Shown here: piece after piece, positions 1 through 9,142 of the stretch
Layout of the letters: each line of letters begins with the position of its first letter
Numbering within the stretch: the first letter of the stretch is position 1
Source: Escherichia phage phiEco32
Direction: 5' to 3' (one strand)
Sequence record: NC_010324.1
Length of the DNA stretch: 64,000 nucleotides
Notes under the pieces: generated by a model
What the model saw: the letters and a program-made list of their open reading frames with translations, nothing else
Told to the model about the DNA's origin: nothing
Databases searched by the model: none
Made by a program: the position numbers and the translations under genes

Positions 1-60
1 AGCCTTTCTCTCACTCTTTAAAGGGGAACTAAATAAACGGGTAGCTAATGAATAGGATGG

Positions 61-105
61 TATACACGGGGAAATAATTACGGGGAGTAGGCACGGGGAA
101 AGGTG
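61..105. repeat. three direct copies of ACGGGGA spaced 13-15 bp in the left-end noncoding region
   Basis: Copies read at about 65-71, 80-86 and 93-99; no ORF across them. Confidence 0.4.
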
Positions 106-410
106 GAACGTTGAAAGGGAAGGTAAAGGCATTCCCATATGAGCTTTTTTAAATGAGGACTCCCCCTTTTTAGGAAACGCGCGGCGAGCGGCTAGGCACA
201 CTCGGTCAAATCAGAATTTTAAACTCTTATATATAAGGTTGAAAGAGAACTTATGTGGAAAATTAAGTTAATCATTAAGCAATTCAGATGTGATCATGAG
301 TACTATCGGATACGCAAAGCTTACGGGGATGAAAGAGTTCACACCCTTTATAAGTCCACTTGGAGATGTAGTAAATGTGGTAAGCTTAAACACAGCACAT
401 GGATGGATAG

Positions 411-466
411 GCCTTAACGTGACATGGCCTTTATGGGGGTGCCTTAATGTGAAGTCCCCTTTATGT
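411..466 (+). repeat. pair of ~26-bp direct repeats (consensus approx cTTAAyGTGAnnTnnCCTTTAyG), 30-bp spacing, copies A and B
   Basis: gccttaacgtgacatggcctttatgg / gccttaatgtgaagtcccctttatgt; second copy ends ~20 nt before the ATG at 489. Confidence 0.5.
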
Positions 467-488
467 CTTAACTTTATCAGAGGGATGT

Positions 489-629
489 ATGACTGAAGAT
501 GAATTAATGAACTTGATTAAAGTGTTCGGGTTTACATCAGAGGATACAGTGAACATGACAGAAGATGAATACGGTAGCTTCTCTGAAGAAGACTACGAAA
601 ATGAATACAGGTACTCTCACGGGTGTTAA
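489..629 (+). CDS. small acidic protein (46 aa), hypothetical
   Basis: ATG with upstream AGAGGGA; below the ORF-track size cutoff; very D/E-rich; sits just downstream of repeat pair A/B. Confidence 0.3.
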   Translation: MTEDELMNLIKVFGFTSEDTVNMTEDEYGSFSEEDYENEYRYSHGC

Positions 630-678
630 TGTGAGGTGGCCTTTACGGGTAGGTCTTATGATGTGCCCTTTATACTCT
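623..678 (+). repeat. second pair of the same ~26-bp direct repeat, copies C and D
   Basis: gtgttaatgtgaggtggcctttacgg / gtcttatgatgtgccctttatactc; ends ~20 nt before the ATG at 698; contains TATACT -10-like hexamer. Confidence 0.5.
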
Positions 679-697
679 TATTCAGAGGAGAAGAATT

Positions 698-952
698 ATG
701 AATTTAGTATTAGACTTTTTATCAGAGATGGTGCCTCGGTTTAGAACAGAGACATACGCTTTCGTAATCAACAGTGACTCTGAAGAAGGGATGGAAGCTA
801 CATGCTTAGGTCGACTTGTTGACTTAGATGATGAAACAGATTTCGATATTACTATTGATGTGAGTAGCTTAGGTTGGCTCTTCTTCAGAGCATTCCGCAC
901 TTACAAAGTAGAAACATACAAAGATTACAGCAAGGGAGAGACAGATGAATAA
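698..952 (+). CDS. acidic hypothetical protein (84 aa)
   Basis: ORF track; strong SD AGAGGAGAAG 5 nt upstream of ATG. Confidence 0.5.
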   Translation: MNLVLDFLSEMVPRFRTETYAFVINSDSEEGMEATCLGRLVDLDDETDFDITIDVSSLGWLFFRAFRTYKVETYKDYSKGETDE

Positions 953-1640
953 TCAAATAACCGCAGTGAATATGGAAGGTGTTTATGGAGGTAGCTTCCC
1001 TTCTGGCTCTCCTTTCCACACTAAAGCAATGGACCTTAATGATTATAATTCACAGCTGTGTCGTTCTGGTTGCAGCTTACAGCATTTAGAAACTATGGGA
1101 AATGTTTCAGGATTGGCTGTACAAGATTTATATAGTGGAAGTATTCTTAAACCAACTATTACGGAGAAGAAAGATATGATGAGTTTAGTAGAACAATACC
1201 GTGGACTTCAAGTCGATACTATTGGTGATAAATATGAGAACTACTACAAAGATCGCTCAAAAGTACTTGAAGAAGTTGCACGGGCTAAGCCTTCTACTCT
1301 GGAAGTAATTGAGTATGAATCTACTAAACATGATCACCTCCCTGAATATGCTCGTGCAATGATTGAGATGATTGAAGAAGCTGAATATGAAATGCTCCAT
1401 GATTACATTACCTCCAAAGATGAATGGCATCGTGATGTTCGAATCGAAGAAGATGGTACAGAAACTATTACGTGGATTCACAAGAGTGAGCTAGTAGACG
1501 ACGCACTGCGAGACTACGAAAAATTTTTGGTCGACGGCTCTATTCTTTTAGAGGAAGAGAAGGGTGCAGAACTTCCGTGGGAAGGTGAGACTATTGCTCT
1601 TGGTAAGATGTTTAACCTGTCCGTTGGTGATTGTAAGTAA
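945..1640 (+). CDS. acidic hypothetical protein (231 aa)
   Basis: ORF track; SD GGGAGAG upstream; 8-nt overlap with the preceding ORF. Confidence 0.6.
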   Translation: MNNQITAVNMEGVYGGSFPSGSPFHTKAMDLNDYNSQLCRSGCSLQHLETMGNVSGLAVQDLYSGSILKPTITEKKDMMSLVEQYRGLQVDTIGDKYENYYKDRSKVLEEVARAKPSTLEVIEYESTKHDHLPEYARAMIEMIEEAEYEMLHDYITSKDEWHRDVRIEEDGTETITWIHKSELVDDALRDYEKFLVDGSILLEEEKGAELPWEGETIALGKMFNLSVGDCK

Positions 1641-1645
1641 TGTTT

Positions 1646-1668
1646 GCCTCCGTTGGGAGGCTTTTTGT
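1646..1668 (+). terminator. hairpin gcctcc-gttg-ggaggc followed by TTTTT
   Basis: Perfect 6-bp GC stem plus U-run immediately after the stop of 945..1640. Confidence 0.55.
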
Positions 1669-1696
1669 GTTGTTGATAATGTAGAAGGAGTATAAA

Positions 1697-2170
1697 ATGT
1701 TTGGAGAAAACGGAGAACTCACGCCTGCACAGGTAGCTGAGGTTACAGGAAGATTACCCGGAGTAACGGAAGAACTTGAAAGCCGTGGTATGAACCCAAG
1801 CAATGGGAAGTTTCAAAAGGGAAATAAATTCGGACGACCCAAAGGTAGTAGAGGTAAACTGACACAATTAATGTTGGACCGTGTTGCTGCAAGTCATTTA
1901 TCTCCTGATGAAGTGTTAATTCAAATTTACGAAGATCCTAATATTCCACCCGATCTTAGATTCAAGGCTGCATCAAAAGTTGCAGATCTGGTATATCCTA
2001 AGGCGGCCTCTGTTGAAGTTAAGATTGAGGAAGAGAATGTAATCAACGAAGAATCATTGAATGCACAAATCAAGGACTTCTTGACTGGAGCACTTGGTAT
2101 TGACGTTATGCCTCCAGAAGAAGACAACTCTGAGGACGCTGAAAAGGGGGAGGAAGCGGACGAGAGTTAA
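1697..2170 (+). CDS. putative terminase small subunit
   Basis: Position immediately upstream of the large terminase; basic GRPKGSRGK segment, acidic C-terminus; SD GAAGGAG. Assignment by position only. Confidence 0.45.
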   Translation: MFGENGELTPAQVAEVTGRLPGVTEELESRGMNPSNGKFQKGNKFGRPKGSRGKLTQLMLDRVAASHLSPDEVLIQIYEDPNIPPDLRFKAASKVADLVYPKAASVEVKIEEENVINEESLNAQIKDFLTGALGIDVMPPEEDNSEDAEKGEEADES

Positions 2171-2200
2171 GTAAAGGAAAGAAGGGGAGGTTCTTTGACG

Positions 2201-2226
2201 AAGGGACTTTCCCTTTTCTATTTTTA
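2201..2226 (+). terminator. weak hairpin aaggg-acttt-ccctt followed by T-rich run
   Basis: 5-bp stem, followed by ttctattttt. Confidence 0.3.
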
Positions 2227-2239
2227 AACTGGAGGAAGT

Positions 2240-3781
2240 ATGTCATTAGATAAACAAATTTATGAAGCTCTAACTGGTAACAATCTTAGTGTAGATGAAA
2301 AGAAAGCACTATTGAATATGTTGAAAGAGCGTGACCAATGGAGGAAGTATAATAGGATTTTGTCTTTCAAGGCGTATGACTTCCAAAAGAAATTTTATGC
2401 AGCAGGATTGAAGCATCGCTTTAGATTCTTGTGTGCAGCGAACCGCGTTGGTAAATCTTACAGCGAGGCATACGAGTTTGCTTGTCATGTCACAGGTCGC
2501 TATCCAACTTGGTGGACAGGATATAAATTTAAAAGACCTATCTTAGCATGGGCAGTTGGTATTACAGGGGATTCCACAAGGAAGGTATTGCAAAAGGAAT
2601 TGTTTGGTACACCTATCGGAAAGGATACAAACTTATTAGGGACAGGTGTCATTCCTCGTGACGCTATCGTCATTGACACGATAGAGCGAGATGGTAACAA
2701 ACTTCAAATCGTACAAATCAAACATCAAAATGAAAGAGGAGAGTTTGACGGTTTAAGTACATTAGAATTCCGTTCAACCCAACAGGGTGAACACACATTG
2801 ATGGGTGCAACAGTTGACTACATTTGGTTAGACGAAGAAGATCCATACGAGTCTATGGCTATATTCGCACAGTGCGTCACACGTACACTCACAACTAAAG
2901 GTCTAGTTACAATTACAGCTACGCCAGAGAACGGTTTAACTGAACTGGTAGATAAATTTATGAAAGGTGAAGGAGATGAGAGCACAGGTTCTCTATATTT
3001 CCAGAATGCTTCTTGGTGGGATGCTCATGTAGACCTAGGTGGACACATCACTGACCAAGATATAAAAGATATGACTGAAGGTATTCCAGCGTGGCAGTTA
3101 GAGATGCGTTCAAAAGGTATGCCATTGTTAGGAAGTGGTTTGATATATGATGTATCGGATGACACAATTAAATGTGAACCATTCGAAATTCCTGATACGT
3201 GGAAACGTGTCTGTGCAATTGATATTGGTATTGATCACCCAACTGCTGCTGTTTGGACAGCTTACGACGCAAACACGGATACTATCTATGTTTACGACTC
3301 ATATAAAGAAGGTGGCTTTACTCCAGTGTATCATGCTCCAGCTATTAATGGTCGTGGTCAGTGGATTCCTGTCATCCTACCGCATGATGCGGACAATACT
3401 GAGAAGGGTAGTGGTTCATCTGTTGCTCAATTCTATAAGAATGCAGGAGTTAACGTACAGAGTGAGACCTTCTACAACAAAATTGGAATGGATGGTAAAA
3501 AGAACTTCTTTGTAGAACCGGGAATCACAGATATCCGAGAAAGAATGATGAGTGGACGCTTTAAAGTCTTTAACACAGCCGCTAACGCTAAGCTATTCGA
3601 AGAGAAAGCTAGATATCACCGTAAGGTTGGTAAGATTATTAAAGAACATGATGACTTAATGGATGCAATGCGCTATTCAGCGTGCTCTGTTACACATCGT
3701 GGTCGCTCTAAGCATGATGTTAGCTACGGAAGCGCTTCTTTGTATGAGGCAAACGTAAGCAGATGGAATCAGAGCTACTAA
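2240..3781 (+). CDS. terL: terminase large subunit
   Basis: Walker A-like CAANRVGKS, Walker B-like IWLDEED, C-terminal nuclease-like acidic motifs (DIGIDHPTAAVW); SD GGAGGAAG. Confidence 0.9.
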   Translation: MSLDKQIYEALTGNNLSVDEKKALLNMLKERDQWRKYNRILSFKAYDFQKKFYAAGLKHRFRFLCAANRVGKSYSEAYEFACHVTGRYPTWWTGYKFKRPILAWAVGITGDSTRKVLQKELFGTPIGKDTNLLGTGVIPRDAIVIDTIERDGNKLQIVQIKHQNERGEFDGLSTLEFRSTQQGEHTLMGATVDYIWLDEEDPYESMAIFAQCVTRTLTTKGLVTITATPENGLTELVDKFMKGEGDESTGSLYFQNASWWDAHVDLGGHITDQDIKDMTEGIPAWQLEMRSKGMPLLGSGLIYDVSDDTIKCEPFEIPDTWKRVCAIDIGIDHPTAAVWTAYDANTDTIYVYDSYKEGGFTPVYHAPAINGRGQWIPVILPHDADNTEKGSGSSVAQFYKNAGVNVQSETFYNKIGMDGKKNFFVEPGITDIRERMMSGRFKVFNTAANAKLFEEKARYHRKVGKIIKEHDDLMDAMRYSACSVTHRGRSKHDVSYGSASLYEANVSRWNQSY

Positions 3782-3786
3782 AGTAA

Positions 3787-3816
3787 GGGGGAGGTTTGTC
3801 CTCCCTTCTTTTATTT
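3787..3816 (+). terminator. hairpin gggagg-tttgt-cctccc followed by ttcttttattt
   Basis: GC stem plus U-run between terminase and portal genes. Confidence 0.45.
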
Positions 3817-3842
3817 AAGCTATCAACCGAGGGAGAGAATAG

Positions 3843-6086
3843 ATGGCTAAGCAAAAATATAGTGAAGAGGTGTTGGACGAGTTACGTGTTGACCTTCAAC
3901 GTCGTTTTAATTACGCTCAAGGTTACGTTGACATGGCTGTTAAGGGCTATGCTCGTGAAGCTTGGGAATATTTCTATGGTAACTTACCTGCACCAGTAAC
4001 TGCTGGCAGCTCTAGTTGGGTAGATCGTACTGTTTGGGAATCTGTTAACGGTACATTGCAAGATATTATTAACGTATTCTGTTCTGGTGATGAAGCAGTT
4101 ACTTTCGTAGCTGACAACCAACAGGACTCTGATGCTGCTGATGTAGCAACTAAACTAGTTAACCAAATTCTTCTGCGTGACAATCCGGGATACAATATTA
4201 TCTCTTCTGCTGCACAAGAATGTCTGGTTACTCGTAACTCTTTTATCAAATACTATTGGGATGAGCACACTTCTACTCAAACTGAAGAAGCTGAAGGTGT
4301 ACCACCGGAAGCATTGGCTGCATATGTTCAGGGATTAGAGGCTGGTGGACTCAAGAATCTGGAAATCTTCACTGAAGAAAACGAAGATGGTACAGTAGAT
4401 GTTAAAGTTACTTATGAACAAACTGTTAAACGTGTGAAAGTTGAATATGTTCCTTCAGAGCAAATCTTTGTTGACGAACATGCTACCTCTTTTGCAGATG
4501 CACAATACTTCTGTCATCGTGTACGTCGTTCTAAAGAAGATCTGGTTGCTATGGGCTTCCCTAAAGATGAGATTGAAGCATTCAACGACTGGACAGATAC
4601 GATGGATACTACTCAATCTACAGTTGCTTGGTCTCGTACTGACTGGCGTCAGGATATTGATGCTGATATTGGTACAGATACCGAAGACATTGCTTCTATG
4701 GTTTGGGTTTATGAGCACTATATTCGTACTGGTGTTCTAGATAAGAATAAAGAGTCTAAACTCTATCAGGTTATTCAAGCTGGTGAGCATATCCTTCACA
4801 CTGAAGAAGTAACTCACATTCCGTTTGTAACCTTCTGCCCGTATCCGATTCCGGGTTCCTTCTATGGTCAATCGGTCTATGACATTACGAAAGATATTCA
4901 AGATTTACGTACCGCGCTAGTTCGTGGTTATATTGATAACGTCAACAATGCTAACTATGGTCGATACAAAGCACTCGTTGGTGCATACGATCGTCGATCT
5001 CTGCTTGATAACCGTCCCGGTGGAGTGGTTGAAATGGAACGTCAGGACGCTATTGACCTGTTCCCATACCATAACCTACCTCAAGGTATTGACGGCCTCC
5101 TAGGCATGTCTGAGGAGCTTAAAGAGACACGTACAGGTGTAACTAAACTTGGCATGGGTATCAACCCTGATGTGTTTAAGAACGATAACGCTTATGCAAC
5201 CGTAGGCTTGATGATGAATGCTGCACAGAACCGTCTCCGTATGGTATGTCGTAACATTGCTCATAATGGTATGGTTGAATTGATGCGTGGTATTTACAGC
5301 CTTATCAGAGAGAATGGTGAAGTTCCTATTGAGGTACAAACCCCTCGTGGTATGGTTCAGGTAAATCCGAAACAATTGCCAGCTCGTCATAATCTTCAAG
5401 TTGTTGTAGCTATCTCTCCTAATGAGAAAGCAGAACGTGCACAGAAACTGATTAGCTTGAAACAGCTGATTGCAGCAGATGCACAGTTAGCACCTCTCTT
5501 CGGTTTGGAGCAAGACCGCTACATGACTGCACAGATCTTTGAGTTGATGGGTATTAAGGACACTCATAAATACCTTCTGCCTCTGGAACAGTATCAGCCT
5601 CCTGAGCCGTCTCCAATGGAAATCCTCCAGCTCGAGATGACTAAAGCACAGGTTGAGAACGTACAGGCTTCTTCTCAGAAGATGATTGCTGATGCATTCG
5701 ACCAACGTGAACGTACTACATTCGAACAGCAGAAAGCTGCGGATGAGCTAAGTCTGCGTCAGGAAGAGTTGCAGTTCAAGCAAGAAAATGCAGCAGATGC
5801 TATGACTCTGGAAAACCGTAAAGAGGATAACAATGCAACTCTGGAACAAGCTAAGCACAAGCTAGCTCTTATGCAACAGCAGGTCCGTCAGTATGAGTCT
5901 GTACTGAAAGAATTGCAGATGGTTATGGAGCATCAGGTAGACCAAGAGAAGATTGTTCAGCAATCTCGTGTTCAGGATAAAACTTTGGAACTCCAAAAGA
6001 AAGAAGCTAATGTAACTAAGAAAGAGCAACAAACTTCTCTCAAAGATTCACGGATTCCAGGCAAACGTCTTGGAAGTAAAAAGTAA
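3843..6086 (+). CDS. portal protein with long C-terminal coiled-coil / charged tail
   Basis: 747 aa directly after terL; SD GGGAGAG; C-terminal ~180 aa Q/E/K-rich heptad-like sequence. Confidence 0.75.
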   Translation: MAKQKYSEEVLDELRVDLQRRFNYAQGYVDMAVKGYAREAWEYFYGNLPAPVTAGSSSWVDRTVWESVNGTLQDIINVFCSGDEAVTFVADNQQDSDAADVATKLVNQILLRDNPGYNIISSAAQECLVTRNSFIKYYWDEHTSTQTEEAEGVPPEALAAYVQGLEAGGLKNLEIFTEENEDGTVDVKVTYEQTVKRVKVEYVPSEQIFVDEHATSFADAQYFCHRVRRSKEDLVAMGFPKDEIEAFNDWTDTMDTTQSTVAWSRTDWRQDIDADIGTDTEDIASMVWVYEHYIRTGVLDKNKESKLYQVIQAGEHILHTEEVTHIPFVTFCPYPIPGSFYGQSVYDITKDIQDLRTALVRGYIDNVNNANYGRYKALVGAYDRRSLLDNRPGGVVEMERQDAIDLFPYHNLPQGIDGLLGMSEELKETRTGVTKLGMGINPDVFKNDNAYATVGLMMNAAQNRLRMVCRNIAHNGMVELMRGIYSLIRENGEVPIEVQTPRGMVQVNPKQLPARHNLQVVVAISPNEKAERAQKLISLKQLIAADAQLAPLFGLEQDRYMTAQIFELMGIKDTHKYLLPLEQYQPPEPSPMEILQLEMTKAQVENVQASSQKMIADAFDQRERTTFEQQKAADELSLRQEELQFKQENAADAMTLENRKEDNNATLEQAKHKLALMQQQVRQYESVLKELQMVMEHQVDQEKIVQQSRVQDKTLELQKKEANVTKKEQQTSLKDSRIPGKRLGSKK

Positions 6087-6095
6087 GGACGTCGA

Positions 6096-6332
6096 ATGAA
6101 CATTAGGCATCAATTCAATAAAGAGCACGCCGCCGCTTTGGCGGCTCTCAATCTTAACGGCAGTCTTGACGCAGCATTAGAGGCATTGAAAGAAAGACTC
6201 ATGACAGAGATAGTTCAAACTGAACCTCATGAGAATAAGAAACGCGAAGATTGTTATCAAAAGTATAAAATGGTGGGTAGCTTAAAAGAGGTCATAAAAG
6301 CTGCTATCAATAGTGCAGGAGATGTTTCATAA
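6096..6332 (+). CDS. hypothetical protein (78 aa)
   Basis: ORF track; SD AAGGA upstream; between portal and scaffold. Confidence 0.45.
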   Translation: MNIRHQFNKEHAAALAALNLNGSLDAALEALKERLMTEIVQTEPHENKKREDCYQKYKMVGSLKEVIKAAINSAGDVS

Positions 6333-7417
6333 TGCCACAAGATAATTATATTGACCCGAATGATTTTAAATCTTTCCTCCAACTGGATGACCTGAAAGGT
6401 TCTTTCAAAGAAGAACTTGGTCGATTAGAATCTGAACAAGAACCAGAAGTGGACATTGACGATGAGTTCCCGGAAGATACCGGTGACAACTTCGACTTTG
6501 ATACCGACCTTCTCGGTGAAAGCGATGAGCTTAAGTTCGAAGATGAAGATGGTTGGGAAGATCATGATGAGGAAGGCGAAGTCGAAGAAGATGGGGATGA
6601 CTCTGATGAAGGTGATGAAAACACTGAAGCAGAAGAGGAAGACTCAAGCGATGCAGGATATGAAGATGATTCTGCTGACGGTGATGGTGAAGTCTTTGAT
6701 GTAGACTACGAAACCGTTATCACCCTTCCTGATGGACGTGAGATGACTATTGAAGAACTCTCCAATGGCTATCTTACTGGTGCTGACATGACTGAACGAG
6801 AGTCAACTCTTCAGCGTCACATGGAAGCATTTGAGGAACGTGTAGTAGGTTTGAAGGATGTATTAGAATTAGCGTCTTTAGAAGCAGACCGAGTAATTGA
6901 AGATTACAACGGATTTGATTGGGACAAGCTTGCAGTAGAAGATCCTCAAGCATATGTTGAAAACAAACGTTTCCTAGAGAAGTACACAGCTCGTCGTAAC
7001 CAGCTTGAACAGGCTCAGGTCCGTATTAAGCAGGAAGCAGCAGCTAAAGAGCAGGAAGCTTTCCAAGCCAAGAGTGTTGAATGTGTTAATATTCTGAAAC
7101 GTGAGATTCCAAATTGGGATGAAAACTTATATCAAAACTTAATGCAATACGCAATTGACTTAGGTGCTACTGAAGAAGAAGTATTGAAGGAAAACCGTCC
7201 GTCTATTTTCCTAGCTCTCCACAAAGCATACCAATTTGATAAAGGTAAGCAGCAGGTGATGGCTAAGATTAAACGTCCCGGTGCTCCACGCAAGGTTGTG
7301 AAGTCTGATGCTGCAAAGTCTCGTACTTCCAATAAGCCAGACAACGCTAAGGTTGCCAAGGCATTCGCAGAGGGTCGCGTTAGTCACGAAGACGCATTCA
7401 AATTCCTCGTAGATTAA
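6332..7417 (+). CDS. putative scaffolding protein
   Basis: Highly acidic N-terminal half, coiled-coil-like middle, located between portal and capsid; SD AGGAG. Confidence 0.6.
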   Translation: MPQDNYIDPNDFKSFLQLDDLKGSFKEELGRLESEQEPEVDIDDEFPEDTGDNFDFDTDLLGESDELKFEDEDGWEDHDEEGEVEEDGDDSDEGDENTEAEEEDSSDAGYEDDSADGDGEVFDVDYETVITLPDGREMTIEELSNGYLTGADMTERESTLQRHMEAFEERVVGLKDVLELASLEADRVIEDYNGFDWDKLAVEDPQAYVENKRFLEKYTARRNQLEQAQVRIKQEAAAKEQEAFQAKSVECVNILKREIPNWDENLYQNLMQYAIDLGATEEEVLKENRPSIFLALHKAYQFDKGKQQVMAKIKRPGAPRKVVKSDAAKSRTSNKPDNAKVAKAFAEGRVSHEDAFKFLVD

Positions 7418-7458
7418 TCGACAAATTAATTATTTAATAGTATAGGAGCTAACATAAC

Positions 7459-8517
7459 ATGGCTAATCCAACTTTATTTGTATCGTATGACCAGAATGGT
7501 AAAAAACTTTCTTTTGCTAACTGGATTTCTGTTCTGTCCCCTCAGGATACCCCGTTCGTATCTATGACCGGTAAAGAGTCTATCAACCAGACTATCTTTA
7601 GCTGGCAGACCGATGCACTGGCAAGCGTTGACGGTAATAACGCACACGTCGAAGGCTCTCGTGCTGAAGACGGCGAAATGAAACCGACTGTTATCAAATC
7701 TAACGTTACTCAGATTCTGCGTAAGGTTGTTCGTGTTTCTGATACTGCTAACACCACCGCTAACTACGGTCGTGGTCGTGAACTGATGTATCAGCTGGAG
7801 AAGAAAGGTAAAGAGATCAAGCGTGACCTCGAGAAAATCCTTCTGTCCGGTCAGGCTCGTACCGACGTTCTGGCTGACCAGTATCTGACTAACTCGGCAA
7901 CTGATCCTGCTGTTGTTGGTCTGAATGACACCCATGCAGCTCGTAAGACTGGTGCATTCCAGTTCCTGTGTGCTCACGGTGGTCTGGCTGGTGGCGTTGT
8001 TGACAAGACCAAGAATGGTCCTGCTGACCCGGATACTGGTGCAGTAACTGTTAAAGTTGCACAGAATGCTTCTAACCCGACCACTAACATTGGTTTCGAC
8101 GAAGCTGATATCTTTGATATGACTCTGCAACTGTACACCGCTGGCTCTGAAGCAGATATCATCATGATTAACCCGGCTCATGCTAAGATCTTCGCTGGTC
8201 TGCAAGAAAATACTCAGGGTTCACGTAAGCGTATCTTTGAGAACACCAAGCAGTTCATCTACGAAGTTAACAGCATCACTGACCCGCTGGGCCAGAGCTA
8301 CAAAATCATCGTTAACCGTTGGATGCCTACCGATGCAGTTTACTTCTTCCGTAGCGCTGACTGGACTCAGATGGTTCTGCGTGCTCCGAAACGTACTGAA
8401 CTGGCTAAAGATGGTTCTTACGAGAAGTGGATGATTGAAATGGAAGTTGGTCTGCGTCACCGCAACCCGTATGCTTCCGGCGTTCTGTTCACTGCTGCGG
8501 GAAAGGTGGCGGCGTAA
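7459..8517 (+). CDS. major capsid protein
   Basis: 352 aa, position after scaffold, SD AGGAGC, codon usage typical of the window. Confidence 0.8.
   Translation: MANPTLFVSYDQNGKKLSFANWISVLSPQDTPFVSMTGKESINQTIFSWQTDALASVDGNNAHVEGSRAEDGEMKPTVIKSNVTQILRKVVRVSDTANTTANYGRGRELMYQLEKKGKEIKRDLEKILLSGQARTDVLADQYLTNSATDPAVVGLNDTHAARKTGAFQFLCAHGGLAGGVVDKTKNGPADPDTGAVTVKVAQNASNPTTNIGFDEADIFDMTLQLYTAGSEADIIMINPAHAKIFAGLQENTQGSRKRIFENTKQFIYEVNSITDPLGQSYKIIVNRWMPTDAVYFFRSADWTQMVLRAPKRTELAKDGSYEKWMIEMEVGLRHRNPYASGVLFTAAGKVAA
8499..8505 (+). other. candidate -1 programmed ribosomal frameshift heptamer G_GGA_AAG
   Basis: X_XXY_YYZ heptamer in the capsid frame 10 nt before the capsid stop; the -1 frame is open from 8409 through 9041; hairpin aacagt...actgtt about 10 nt downstream. 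Confidence 0.5.
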
Positions 8518-8528
8518 CAGTAGACAGT

Positions 8529-9041
8529 GTGACTGTTAGCCCTGCGTCTTTAGCAAGTCTAGAGACAGGGGCTACTCGGCAGTTCACTGCAAGCGCGGAG
8601 AAAAGTGATGGTTCTACCGAAACAACTGGCTTTACTTGGTCAGTGACAGGAGGTGGTTCTATCACTCAGTCTGGTTTGTATACTGCTCCGAGTGCGTCTC
8701 AATCCACTGATGTATCCATTACTGCAACTTTAGAAGGTGTTTCTGGTACAGCAATCATTTCTGAAATTGTTGCTCCTGCTCCTACTATTGTAGCTAAGGG
8801 TCCAATTACGGGTAAAACTGGTGGTTCTTCCACTAACTTCACTACCATGTTTACTGTAACTAATTCTACTGCTGCGGATTACACGTTTGTTGTAACCCCT
8901 ACAGAAGCTGGTACAGTAAGCGCCGCTGGTGCGTTAACCTTAGATGCTGCTGCAAGTGGCGAAGTTACTGTTCAAGCTAGTTTGACAGCCACTCCGTCTA
9001 TCAGTGCAACATGCACTTTTACTGGTGTAACACCTGCTTAA
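8529..9041 (+). CDS. Ig-like (Big_2-type) domain ORF, probably expressed as a C-terminal extension of the capsid protein via -1 frameshift
   Basis: No ATG and no SD; the track start is a GTG; the frame is continuous with the slippery site; sequence VTVSPASLASLETGATRQFTA... is typical of Big_2 domains. Confidence 0.5.
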   Translation: MTVSPASLASLETGATRQFTASAEKSDGSTETTGFTWSVTGGGSITQSGLYTAPSASQSTDVSITATLEGVSGTAIISEIVAPAPTIVAKGPITGKTGGSSTNFTTMFTVTNSTAADYTFVVTPTEAGTVSAAGALTLDAAASGEVTVQASLTATPSISATCTFTGVTPA

Positions 9042-9047
9042 AATTAG

Positions 9048-9076
9048 ACCCTGCCTTCGGGCGGGGTTTTTTCGTT
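9048..9076 (+). terminator. hairpin ccctgcc-ttcg-ggcgggg followed by tttttcgtttt
   Basis: GC stem, UUCG tetraloop, U-run; after the Ig-like ORF. Confidence 0.6.
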
Positions 9077-9100
9077 TTAAGACCTATACAAGCCAGTGTG

Positions 9101-9109
9101 TAATGTATA
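9101..9109 (+). promoter_or_regulatory. TAATGTATA motif (candidate phage-sigma-dependent promoter element)
   Basis: Exact 9-mer 33 nt upstream of the ATG at 9143, directly after a terminator; the same 9-mer recurs upstream of other genes. Confidence 0.45.
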
Positions 9110-9142
9110 TTCTTTGTCTACATATAACAAGGAGGACAACCT

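Noticed and set aside
290-496. Plus-strand 68-aa ORF.
   Set aside because: It runs straight through the 26-bp direct repeats, so its repeated peptide segments are a by-product of the DNA repeats; no convincing SD. Kept only as a repeat region.
1677-1685. TAATGTAGA (one mismatch to the promoter motif) 12 nt upstream of the small-terminase start.
   Set aside because: Too close to the start codon to leave room for a 5' UTR containing the SD; more likely chance similarity.
7474-8205. 243-aa minus-strand ORF antisense to the major capsid gene.
   Set aside because: Entirely inside a well-supported plus-strand gene in a plus-only module; no SD; Ser/Thr/Val-rich composition typical of antisense read-through.
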